DNA from: Candidatus Nealsonbacteria bacterium | GTDB lineage: Bacteria > Patescibacteriota > Minisyncoccia > Minisyncoccales > PWPS01 | Length of the DNA stretch: 64,000 bases | NCBI GenBank assembly: GCA_003555075.1 | Contig: PWHW01000002.1 | Location: 14,856-78,855, forward strand | Reading direction: 5' to 3' | In this document: positions 37,635-45,661 of the stretch, piece by piece | How positions within the stretch are numbered: the stretch's first letter is position 1 | How the letters are laid out: each line of letters opens with the position of its first letter | Notes under the pieces: generated by a model | Told to the model about the DNA's origin: nothing | The model's database searches: none | What the model saw: only the letters and a program-made list of their open reading frames with translations | Program-made: the position numbers and the translations under genes

Positions 37635-38096
37635 ATGAAGAAAGATTTTTTTAATCCAACAAAAGGTTTTCTGAGCTTTAAAGAAGTGGCGAAAGAGATT
37701 CTTGATTACATGGAAGAACCTGGAGAGTACAGTATAATAGTAGGCTCTGACTCACCTTCTTCCGGCACTCCGCATTTTCCGGTTGCGGTTGTTGTGCTTA
37801 GGATTGGAAGGGGAGGACGTTTCTTTCTCAGGAAGACCAGTTATTCCCGCAAAAGGTTTCATAACACAAGGGAAAGGGTGATGGAAGAGGTTTTTCTTTC
37901 TTGTAAGATGGCTCTGGAACTAAAAGATGCCTTGAACTTCTCCGATGTTTTTTATATTCATGCTGATATAGGTGAGAATGGAAGAACTAAAAGCATGATA
38001 AAAGAGGTTACCAATTTCATTCGAGGCAACGGATTTGAACCCAAGATCAAACCGGAAGGGTTTGTGGCCTCTAATTTGGCTGATAGATATACATAA
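37635..38096 (+). CDS. YkuK/DUF458-like (RNase H-fold) protein
   Basis: IVGSDS...VVVLRIGRGGRFF...IHADIGENG...KPEGFVASNLADRY resembles the DUF458 pattern recalled from memory. Confidence 0.55.
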   Translation: MKKDFFNPTKGFLSFKEVAKEILDYMEEPGEYSIIVGSDSPSSGTPHFPVAVVVLRIGRGGRFFLRKTSYSRKRFHNTRERVMEEVFLSCKMALELKDALNFSDVFYIHADIGENGRTKSMIKEVTNFIRGNGFEPKIKPEGFVASNLADRYT

Positions 38097-38104
38097 TTTA
38101 TTTT

Positions 38105-39973
38105 ATGAAAAGCAAGGAAATAAGAGAAAAGTTTTTGGAATTCTATAAGAAAAAGGATCATGCTCAGATCCCGTCCGCTCCCCTTGTTCCCGACAAAGAC
38201 TCCACTCTTCTCTTTGTTAATTCGGGAATGTTCCCTCTTGTTCCTTATTTATTGGGAGAGGAGCATCCCGAAGGAAAACGTTTGGTTAATTATCAAAAAT
38301 GTTTCAGAAGTGATGATATAGAGGAAATAGGGGACATGAGGCATACCACTTTTTTTGAGATGCTTGGAAATTGGTCTTTGGGAGATTATTTCAAGGAAGA
38401 GCAACTCAAGTGGGCTTTTGAATTTTTTGTTGATGAGCTTGGCTTGGACCCCGGCAGACTTTATGTTTCTGTGCATAGAGGTAACCCCGATACGGGAATA
38501 GAGAGAGATAAAGATTCGGTCAGGATATGGAAGAATATCTTCAAAAAGAGGGGTGTGGAAGCAAAAGATGTTGATTTTGCCGAGAAAGAGGGAATGAAAG
38601 GAGGGCGAATCTTTTATTATCCTGACAAAGAGAATTGGTGGTCTCGAGCGGGTGTTCCGGAGAATATGCCACCCGGAGAGCCTGGAGGGCCGGATAGTGA
38701 GGTATTTTACGACCTCGGAGAAGATCTGGGGCACCACAAAAGATCCCCCTTCAAGGACAATCCTTGTCATATAAATTGTGATTGTGGACGTTTTATAGAA
38801 ATAGGGAATAGTGTTTTCATAGAGTTTATCAAAAAGGAGAATGGCTTTGAAAAGCTTCCCAAGCAGAATGTTGATTTTGGAGGAGGCCTTGAAAGGCTTG
38901 CTATGATAACTCAGGGTAAAACAAGTATTTTTGAAGCGGACATTTTTCTTCCCATCATTAAAGAGATCGAAAAGCTCTCTTCTTGTAACTACAGAGATAT
39001 GGTGCGATCTTTTGAGATCATTGCCGATCACATCAAAGCGGCAACTTTCATCCTGGGCGATGAAAGAGGTGTGACTCCTTCCAACAAGGAACAAGGTTAT
39101 TTTGTAAGACGTCTTATAAGAAGAGCTATCAGGCACGGAAGACAACTGGACATTACTTCCGATAGGTGGTTGAGTGCGGTTGCGGAAAGGGTTGTTGAGG
39201 TGTATAAGGATATCTACCCGGAAATAGAGAAGAATGCTGATCATATCTATGAGAACCTGGAAAAAGAAGGAAGTGAATTTCAAAGAACATTAAAGAAAGG
39301 GCTCAAGGAATTCCATAAGTTAAATGAAAAGAAAGAGATAAGCGGTGAGGAAGCGGCTTTCTTATATCAAACGTATGGATTTCCAATAGAGCTCACAGAG
39401 GAGATGGCTCTGGAAAGAGGCCAGGGAGTTGACAAGGAAGGATTCTATCGGGAAATGGAAAAACATAAAGAACTTTCGCGGGAGTATTCTGCAGGATCTT
39501 TTAAAAGCGGACTTGGAGAAAATAATGATGAGACGATCAAGCTTCACACCGCTACCCATCTTTTGCTTGCTTCTCTGAGAAAGATTTTAGGCAGTGATGT
39601 ATATCAGGAAGGAAGCAATATTACTTCTGAGAGGTTGCGATTTGATTTTTCCTTTGACAGAAAAATAACAGAAGAGGAGAAAAAACGAGTGGAGGAGCTG
39701 GTCAATGAAATGATAAAAAAGGATCTGCTTGTAAAAAAGGAAGAAATGAAGCTTGACGATGCTTTAGAAGTGGGAGCGCTTGCCTCTTTTAGAGAAAAAT
39801 ATCCCTCGAAAGTATGGGTTTACTCTATTCATGACGAAAAAGGAGATGTTTATTCCAAAGAGATATGTACCGGGCCTCATGTGAAAAGAACCTCTGAGCT
39901 TGGAAAATTTTCAATAAAGAAAGAGGAGGCTTGCTCTTCAGGAGTAAGAAGGATAAAGGCAGTACTTCTTTAG
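38105..39973 (+). CDS. alaS: Alanyl-tRNA synthetase, short form (622 aa; no C-Ala/DHHA1 region)
   Basis: MKSKEIREKFLEFYKKKDH..IPSAPLVP..DSTLLFVNSGM, editing-domain HTATHLL and CTGPHV. The protein ends shortly after the editing domain. Confidence 0.92.
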   Translation: MKSKEIREKFLEFYKKKDHAQIPSAPLVPDKDSTLLFVNSGMFPLVPYLLGEEHPEGKRLVNYQKCFRSDDIEEIGDMRHTTFFEMLGNWSLGDYFKEEQLKWAFEFFVDELGLDPGRLYVSVHRGNPDTGIERDKDSVRIWKNIFKKRGVEAKDVDFAEKEGMKGGRIFYYPDKENWWSRAGVPENMPPGEPGGPDSEVFYDLGEDLGHHKRSPFKDNPCHINCDCGRFIEIGNSVFIEFIKKENGFEKLPKQNVDFGGGLERLAMITQGKTSIFEADIFLPIIKEIEKLSSCNYRDMVRSFEIIADHIKAATFILGDERGVTPSNKEQGYFVRRLIRRAIRHGRQLDITSDRWLSAVAERVVEVYKDIYPEIEKNADHIYENLEKEGSEFQRTLKKGLKEFHKLNEKKEISGEEAAFLYQTYGFPIELTEEMALERGQGVDKEGFYREMEKHKELSREYSAGSFKSGLGENNDETIKLHTATHLLLASLRKILGSDVYQEGSNITSERLRFDFSFDRKITEEEKKRVEELVNEMIKKDLLVKKEEMKLDDALEVGALASFREKYPSKVWVYSIHDEKGDVYSKEICTGPHVKRTSELGKFSIKKEEACSSGVRRIKAVLL

Positions 39974-40060
39974 AGATTCTTTCTCTTAAAGCGTTACAAT
40001 TGCCATTTTAAACCAAATGATGTAGATTGTTATTACAAGCATAATCAAAGGACAAGGAAA

Positions 40061-41254
40061 ATGAGAAAAAAAGTAATTGATATATATCCCCCCTCCGGAG
40101 AAGGGACGGTAACAGGGAACGTTCATGCGAAAGAAAAAAGAGAAAGAGGTGGTAAAGGAAAATGGATCCTTGGTTTACTCTTTTTATTGGTGATTGTTGG
40201 AGGTTATTTGTATTATTCTTCTTATGGAACGGTAGTAGTTGCGAGTCCTTCTACTGTTACTATTGAGGAAGCAAGGGAGTTATTGGTGCGCGGATCCGGA
40301 TCAGTGGGAACCGGCGAGGTTAGAGGTATATTGTTGAGTGAGACCTTGGAAGGGTCAAGAGAATTCCCTATAGAAGAAACAAGAACCATGGAAGAAAGAG
40401 CAGAGGGAGAGATAAAAGTTTGCCAAGATTACTCAGATTCTCCGAGGAAGTATGTAGAAAGAACAAGATTTATCTCCGACGAAGGGAAGTTGTTTGAAGC
40501 TACCGAATCCTTCGTGTTACCGGGTGTTCATGAAAATGACGGGTGTGCATGGGTAGATGCAATTGCGGCAGAAACAGGGGAAGATTACAATCTTTCGGAG
40601 AACTCCAGCTTTGCCCTGCCGGGACTTGAAGGAACCGGATTGTACGGAAGAGTTAAGGGTAAGTCCTTTAACTTGAAGAAGGAAGGTTTCTCAAAAGAAG
40701 TTCCTTATTTGGATGAGAGGACTATGGAAAATGCGGAAAAAGAAATGTTGAACGAACTTTCAAGTAGGGGAAGAGAAAGGATAGATGAAGAATATGGAGA
40801 GAATTACTATCTTGGAATGGATGCGCAATATACCGCGGAAGTTATAGAAAGAGATTTTGAGGAAAAAGAGGATGAAGACACTTTCGACTTCAAGTTGAGG
40901 ATCAGAGTAAGGGCAATGGGAATAGAAAAGGATAGTGTCTATGATTTTATCTATGAAATTTTGCCGGAAGATCATACTTGGCGCAAAGAAGATGACAAAA
41001 TTTCTTTTAACCTTAAAAGAATAAACTTTGAAGATAAAGAAGGGGATGCTACCATGAATTTTTATGGTGAAATTTATAAGGATATTGACAGGGAGAGGGT
41101 AAAAAGAGAGATAATCGGTCTTGATTTCAAAGAAGCGGAGAAGGTACTAAGAGAAGAATTGGAAGTGGATGATTTAAGCATAAGGACTTTCCCGTTTGGA
41201 CTTTCCAGAGTTGCGAATAATCCTGATAGAATAAGAATAGAATTGGATTTTTGA
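40061..41254 (+). CDS. Membrane-anchored hypothetical protein (possible baseplate-J-like fold)
   Basis: One TM helix (WILGLLFLLVIVGGYLYY). The segment TRFISDEGKLFEA...VDAIAAETGEDYNL...ALPGLEG recalls baseplate J/gp47-like proteins. Confidence 0.5.
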   Translation: MRKKVIDIYPPSGEGTVTGNVHAKEKRERGGKGKWILGLLFLLVIVGGYLYYSSYGTVVVASPSTVTIEEARELLVRGSGSVGTGEVRGILLSETLEGSREFPIEETRTMEERAEGEIKVCQDYSDSPRKYVERTRFISDEGKLFEATESFVLPGVHENDGCAWVDAIAAETGEDYNLSENSSFALPGLEGTGLYGRVKGKSFNLKKEGFSKEVPYLDERTMENAEKEMLNELSSRGRERIDEEYGENYYLGMDAQYTAEVIERDFEEKEDEDTFDFKLRIRVRAMGIEKDSVYDFIYEILPEDHTWRKEDDKISFNLKRINFEDKEGDATMNFYGEIYKDIDRERVKREIIGLDFKEAEKVLREELEVDDLSIRTFPFGLSRVANNPDRIRIELDF

Positions 41255-41305
41255 CCATAGAACCTTATTGCCAATAAGGAAAGCATATTTGTTTATCAAG
41301 CGGGT

Positions 41306-41334
41306 TTGACAAAATTTTAAAAACTTGTTATTCT
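41306..41334 (+). promoter_or_regulatory. Candidate promoter upstream of infA (TTGACA-17 nt-TATTCT)
   Basis: -35 at 41306-41311 and -10 at 41329-41334. Confidence 0.45.
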
Positions 41335-41346
41335 TTCAGACTGTAA

Positions 41347-41556
41347 ATGAGTTCTACCAGTAAACAAAAAGGAATTGTCTTGGAAGCTTTGCCAAATACA
41401 CATTTCAAGGTTAGGCTTGATGATGGCACGGAGATCAATGCGCATCTTGCAGGAAAACTGAGGGTGCACAGAATAAAGGTGCTTCCCGGAGATAAGGTTA
41501 CGGTAGAGATGAGCGATTATGACAACACCAAGGGCAGAATCGTTTATCGTGGGTAG
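41347..41556 (+). CDS. infA: Translation initiation factor IF-1
   Basis: [56 protein letters not shown]. Confidence 0.96.
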   Translation: MSSTSKQKGIVLEALPNTHFKVRLDDGTEINAHLAGKLRVHRIKVLPGDKVTVEMSDYDNTKGRIVYRG

Positions 41557-41652
41557 AATCTTCTTGCTCAAATCTCATGCAAGAATTTAAAATGCGTTAC
41601 GCAGGATTTTTATTTTTCTATGGAATTCTGCGTTGTTTTATGAAGCTTATCT

Positions 41653-41766
41653 ATGAAAGTCCAATCTTCAGTAAAAAGAATTTGTAAGGATTGTAAGGTT
41701 ATCAGAAGAGGTAACCGTGTTTATGTTATCTGTAAGAATAAGAAGCACAAGCAGAGACAGGGATAA
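41653..41766 (+). CDS. rpmJ: 50S ribosomal protein L36 (37 aa; absent from the ORF track)
   Basis: [37 protein letters not shown]. Confidence 0.93.
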   Translation: MKVQSSVKRICKDCKVIRRGNRVYVICKNKKHKQRQG

Positions 41767-41808
41767 ATTTCTCACGAAAGAAAAATCATCTAAATAAAAT
41801 CAAAGAAC

Positions 41809-42195
41809 ATGCGAATTGCCGGAATAAGCATACCAAAGGAAAAGAGAGTGGTAATTTCCCTTACCTACATTTACGGTATTGGAAACTCGCTTAGCAAGAA
41901 AATCCTGAAGGAAGCAAAGATCAATGAATCAAAAAGAGTCAGTGATCTTACTGATAATGAGACAAAGAAATTGAGAGAAGCTATCGAGAGGAAATATAAA
42001 ACAGAGGGAGAGTTAAGAAGAGAGAGAAGGGAGGCTGTTGACAGGTTAAGACGTATTGAATGCTATCGGGGCATGCGTCATAAAAAGAGTCTTCCTGTCA
42101 GAGGTCAAAATACTCGTACAAACAGTCGAACAGTAAGAGGGAATGTAAGGAAAATCGCGGGTTCCGGAAAGAAGGCTCCTCCGGCTCCTAAATAA
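41809..42195 (+). CDS. rpsM: 30S ribosomal protein S13
   Basis: [25 protein letters not shown]...[20 protein letters not shown]. Confidence 0.95.
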   Translation: MRIAGISIPKEKRVVISLTYIYGIGNSLSKKILKEAKINESKRVSDLTDNETKKLREAIERKYKTEGELRRERREAVDRLRRIECYRGMRHKKSLPVRGQNTRTNSRTVRGNVRKIAGSGKKAPPAPK

Positions 42196-42232
42196 ACAGG
42201 TAAATTGAACGTAATTCATTTCTATATAGAAT

Positions 42233-42688
42233 ATGGGAAAAAAAAGAGTAGTTGAAAAAACAGAAAAAGAACTTCTTGAGGAAAGGGAAAAAATAGAGGA
42301 AGCAAAAAAGGAGAAGAAAGGAAAGGTAAAAAGAAGAAAGAGTATCGATTACGGTTGTATTTATATATCTGCTTCTTACAACAATACGATGATGAATATC
42401 ACCGATAGAGAAGGGAGGGTTTTAGCATGGGCCAGTGCCGGCAGCTTGGGCTTTAAAGGCACCAAGAAAGCTACTCCCTTTGCTGCTTCGGAAGTGGCTG
42501 GTGTAATTGCGGAAAAAGCGGAAAAGCTGGGTGTAAAGGAGGTTGATATTTATGTCAAAGGTGTGGGAACCGGAAGGTCTTCAGCGCTTCGTGCTTTGGC
42601 GTCAAGGAATATGACCATTAATTCAATAAAAGATATTACTCCCATTCCTCATAATGGATGCCGTCCGAGGAAGGCAAGGAGAGTGTAG
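42233..42688 (+). CDS. rpsK: 30S ribosomal protein S11 with charged N-terminal extension
   Basis: IYISASYNNTMMNITD..G..LAWASAGSLGFKGTKKATPFAA...TPIPHNGCRP. Confidence 0.95.
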   Translation: MGKKRVVEKTEKELLEEREKIEEAKKEKKGKVKRRKSIDYGCIYISASYNNTMMNITDREGRVLAWASAGSLGFKGTKKATPFAASEVAGVIAEKAEKLGVKEVDIYVKGVGTGRSSALRALASRNMTINSIKDITPIPHNGCRPRKARRV

Positions 42689-42705
42689 TTAAAAATTCAT
42701 AGAAT

Positions 42706-43338
42706 ATGAAAAAAAGTCCAGAATGTAAAAAATGTCGTCGGGTCGGGGCTAAACTTTTTCTAAAAGGGGAAAAATGTGATTCTCAAAAATGTCCGATGAT
42801 CAAGAAACCCTATTCTCCCGGCGAGAAACCAAAAAGAAGGAAAGGACCTTTGTCTCAATACGGAAAGGAGCTTACAGAGAAGCAAAAGTTGCGTTATTGG
42901 TATGATCTCAAGGAAAAGCAGCTTCTCAAATATGTTAAATCGATCATAAGAAAGCAAGAAAGGTCAGAGGCAGCGGGAGATCAGTTATTGAAAAAATTGG
43001 AATCCAGATTGGATAATACAGTCTATCGTGCTGGATTTGCGGATTCTAGGTCCAAGGCAAGGCAGATGATAAATCACGGATTCTTCAATGTTAATGAAAG
43101 GCCCGTGGATAGACCTTCTTATCAATTGAAAGTGGGAGATGTTATTTCTGTACGTTCCGGAAAAAAGAACCGAAGGGATTTTGAGGATTTTGAGGAAAGA
43201 ATGAAGAATTTCACGCCACCTTCTTGGATTTCTCTTGATAAAAAGAAAATGGAAGCCAAGAAAACTGGTGAAGCGGTGGTGGAGGATATAGCTCCTCCCG
43301 TAGAAATATCATCTATATTTGAGTTCTATTCACGATAG
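42706..43338 (+). CDS. rpsD: 30S ribosomal protein S4 (zinc-ribbon form)
   Basis: CKKCRRVGAKLFLKGEKCDSQKCP and S4 domain RLDNTVYRAGFADSRSKARQMINHG. Confidence 0.95.
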   Translation: MKKSPECKKCRRVGAKLFLKGEKCDSQKCPMIKKPYSPGEKPKRRKGPLSQYGKELTEKQKLRYWYDLKEKQLLKYVKSIIRKQERSEAAGDQLLKKLESRLDNTVYRAGFADSRSKARQMINHGFFNVNERPVDRPSYQLKVGDVISVRSGKKNRRDFEDFEERMKNFTPPSWISLDKKKMEAKKTGEAVVEDIAPPVEISSIFEFYSR

Positions 43339-43376
43339 TTTTAGAGCAAGTTTATTAAAATATCTAAATCATACTT

Positions 43377-44321
43377 ATGATGATTCCGTTACCATCAAAA
43401 CCTAAAATTGTAGAAAAGAAGGCAGAGAATAAAGCCCTCTTTAAAGTGGAATCTCTTTATCCGGGGTATGGTGTTACCGTAGGGAATAGCATGCGTCGGG
43501 TTCTGTTGTCTTCTTTGGGAGGTGCTGCAATTACCAAAGTGAAGATAAATGGAGTTAATCATGAGTTCTCTACCATATCGGGAGCAATAGAAGATGTTAT
43601 CACAGTGATTCTTAACTTGAAAGAGCTTCGTTTTCGAGTTTACTCCGATGAGGAGCAGGTTGCAAAGCTGAAGGTTAAAGGAGAAAAAGAGGTAAAGGGG
43701 TCTGACTTCAATCTCCCGAGTCAGGTGGAACTAAAGAACCCGGATGCTCACATTGCAACACTGACAAGCAAGAACGCTTCTTTAGAGATGGAAGTAGGAA
43801 TAGAAAGGGGAATAGGGTATTCTTCCGCAGAAGATAGAAAGGAGGAGAAATTGGAGGTAGGTCAAATACTTATTGATTCTATCTTTACCCCTGTTAAACG
43901 TGCCAGTTTTCATGTGGAAAATATGAGAGTGGGAAAACGAACCGATTTTGACCGACTGTACATGGAGGTTGAAACTGATGGAACGATTGCCCCCGAGGAA
44001 GCCTTTTCGAGTGCAGCGGATATACTTTCCAGACATTTTTCATTGGTCTCTTCCTTTGAAGAAGAGGAAGTCAAGAAAGACGAAAAAGAAGCGGGAGAAG
44101 TACCCAAGGAAGCTGGTGACTCAGCAATGGCAATAGAAGAATTGGGCATTTCAACTCGCATAACCAATATTTTAAAGGATAATGGGATAAAAGAGGCGGA
44201 AGACCTTTCAAAGTTCACGGAGGAAGGACTTTTATCTTTCAAAGGAATGGGAAAGAAGGGAGTTGAAGAAATAAAAAAAGCTTTAAAAAAGAAGGGATTT
44301 CAACTTAAAATAAAAGAGTAA
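43377..44321 (+). CDS. rpoA: DNA-directed RNA polymerase alpha subunit
   Basis: NTD GYGVTVGNSMRRVLLSSL. CTD helix-hairpin-helix ELGISTRITNILKDNGI. Confidence 0.95.
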   Translation: MMIPLPSKPKIVEKKAENKALFKVESLYPGYGVTVGNSMRRVLLSSLGGAAITKVKINGVNHEFSTISGAIEDVITVILNLKELRFRVYSDEEQVAKLKVKGEKEVKGSDFNLPSQVELKNPDAHIATLTSKNASLEMEVGIERGIGYSSAEDRKEEKLEVGQILIDSIFTPVKRASFHVENMRVGKRTDFDRLYMEVETDGTIAPEEAFSSAADILSRHFSLVSSFEEEEVKKDEKEAGEVPKEAGDSAMAIEELGISTRITNILKDNGIKEAEDLSKFTEEGLLSFKGMGKKGVEEIKKALKKKGFQLKIKE

Positions 44322-44332
44322 TCGGTTATTGT

Positions 44333-44680
44333 ATGCCAAGAATAAAGAACAAAAGAAGATTTGGAAGGAAAAGGGATCAGAGGCGTGCTCTTCTCGTTTC
44401 TCTCTCGCGAGCTCTTGTTATGAATGAAAAGATAAAAACTACGGAGGCTAAAGCCAAAGAGCTTCGTTCTTTCATTGAGAAACTTATCACCAGGGCAAAG
44501 GAGGATAATATCAAAAACAGAAGGGTCTTGGCCAGTAGGTTGTCTGACGAGATTGCGGAGAAGTTGATAAAAGAGATAGCGCCGAGGTACAAGGAGAGAT
44601 CAGGGGGGTATACAAGGATAATAAAGGCCAATCCTCGCAAAGAGGATGGAGCAAGGATGGCCATTATTGAATTCGTGTAA
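44333..44680 (+). CDS. rplQ: 50S ribosomal protein L17
   Basis: RFGRKRDQRRALL...GGYTRIIK..PRKEDGARMAIIEFV. Confidence 0.95.
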   Translation: MPRIKNKRRFGRKRDQRRALLVSLSRALVMNEKIKTTEAKAKELRSFIEKLITRAKEDNIKNRRVLASRLSDEIAEKLIKEIAPRYKERSGGYTRIIKANPRKEDGARMAIIEFV

Positions 44681-44703
44681 GTAAATATTTAGAAGGGAAA
44701 AAT

Positions 44704-45054
44704 ATGGAAGAAAGAAAAGTACATACAATTGACGCTTCAAAAAAACCCTTGGGAAGGCTTGCCTCTCAGATTGCTGTCTTGCTTATGGGAAAGCATAAGG
44801 AGGACTATGTTCCCAACAGAGACAAGGGGGACTTTGTAAAAGTTCAAAATATAGAGAGCATGACCCTTACAGGGAAAAAGGAGGAAGATAAGATATATTA
44901 TCATCATACGGGATATCCGGGAGGTCTCAAGAAGACGCCCTATAATAAGCTTATCGAGAAAGATTCCGGTGCGGCGCTTAAAAAGGCTGTTTATGGGATG
45001 CTTCCCAAGAACAAGTTAAGGAAGGAAAGAATAAAAAGACTTAAAATCGAATAA
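44704..45054 (+). CDS. rplM: 50S ribosomal protein L13 (short, 116 aa)
   Basis: IDASKKPLGRLASQIAVLLMGKHK..Y.PN.D.GDFV...HHTGYPGGLK. Confidence 0.93.
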   Translation: MEERKVHTIDASKKPLGRLASQIAVLLMGKHKEDYVPNRDKGDFVKVQNIESMTLTGKKEEDKIYYHHTGYPGGLKKTPYNKLIEKDSGAALKKAVYGMLPKNKLRKERIKRLKIE

Positions 45055-45057
45055 ATT

Positions 45058-45474
45058 ATGGCTACTAAAGAGAAAAAATCCTCTGCTAAGTTCTATCAAG
45101 GAGTGGGAAGAAGAAAGACCTCTACTTCCATAGTTCGGTTGTATGAAAAAAAGAAGGGAGGCTTTTCGGTGAATGGCCTTGATCTTGATAATTATTTTTC
45201 CGAGTTCAGCTTAAGGAAGACAGCAAGCGATCCTCTTGAAAAACTTGGTCTTTCGGATAAGTTTCTTGTTTCTGTAAAGGTTTTTGGGGGAGGAAAGAAG
45301 TCTCAATCGGAAGCTGTGAGGCATGGGATAGCAAGGGCACTAATGAACTTTGATGAAAATTTGCGAAAGCAACTGAAGACAGCTGGTTATCTCACAAGGG
45401 ATCCGCGAATGAGAGAGAGGAAAAAGCCCGGTCTAAGAAGAGCAAGAAGAGCTCCTCAGTGGAGGAAGCGGTAG
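45058..45474 (+). CDS. rpsI: 30S ribosomal protein S9
   Basis: GVGRRKTSTSIVRL...GGGKKSQSEAVRHGIARAL...RDPRMRERKKPGLRRARRAPQWRKR. Confidence 0.95.
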   Translation: MATKEKKSSAKFYQGVGRRKTSTSIVRLYEKKKGGFSVNGLDLDNYFSEFSLRKTASDPLEKLGLSDKFLVSVKVFGGGKKSQSEAVRHGIARALMNFDENLRKQLKTAGYLTRDPRMRERKKPGLRRARRAPQWRKR

Positions 45475-45521
45475 TTTTTAAGTTAGAAAAAAAAGTAAAG
45501 GAACGATGAACGGATATTGTG

Positions 45522-45556
45522 AGCGTTGTAATGCCTGGTGCTGCAACGCTTTTTTC
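45522..45556 (+). terminator. Intrinsic terminator after rpsI
   Basis: AGCGTTG...CAACGCT stem followed by TTTTT. Confidence 0.55.
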
Positions 45557-45565
45557 ATCCTTCAG

Positions 45566-45594
45566 TTGCCATTTGGAATGCTCTGTAATATAAT
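45566..45594 (+). promoter_or_regulatory. Candidate promoter for murA (TTGCCA-17 nt-TATAAT)
   Basis: -35 at 45566-45571 and -10 at 45589-45594. Confidence 0.55.
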
Positions 45595-45661
45595 AACAAA
45601 GCAATAATTGACCAATAAACCAGGGCAGGCTTTGTCATTCGTTTGTCCGTTTGAATTTATT

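Noticed and set aside
38096-38105. T-box or other leaders upstream of alaS, proS and pheS
   Set aside because: alaS and proS start within 10 nt of the preceding genes. The pheS leader is about 70 nt, with no specifier or T-box sequence.
38249-39283. 344-aa ORF antisense to alaS
   Set aside because: The sense strand encodes an unambiguous AlaRS. The antisense product has no motifs and a skewed composition, so it is a shadow ORF produced by the purine-rich coding strand.
35739-41254. Genomic island or mobile element inserted in the ribosomal cluster
   Set aside because: There is no integrase or transposase, no flanking direct or inverted repeats, no tRNA boundary, and the composition looks like the flanks. 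It is treated as a rearrangement instead.
45506-45607. 33-aa Cys-rich ORF (MNGYCERCNAWCCNAFF...) with AAGGA upstream, between rpsI and murA
   Set aside because: It runs straight through the rpsI terminator hairpin and the murA promoter. The Cys codons derive from the GC-rich stem. There is not enough evidence to call it a gene.
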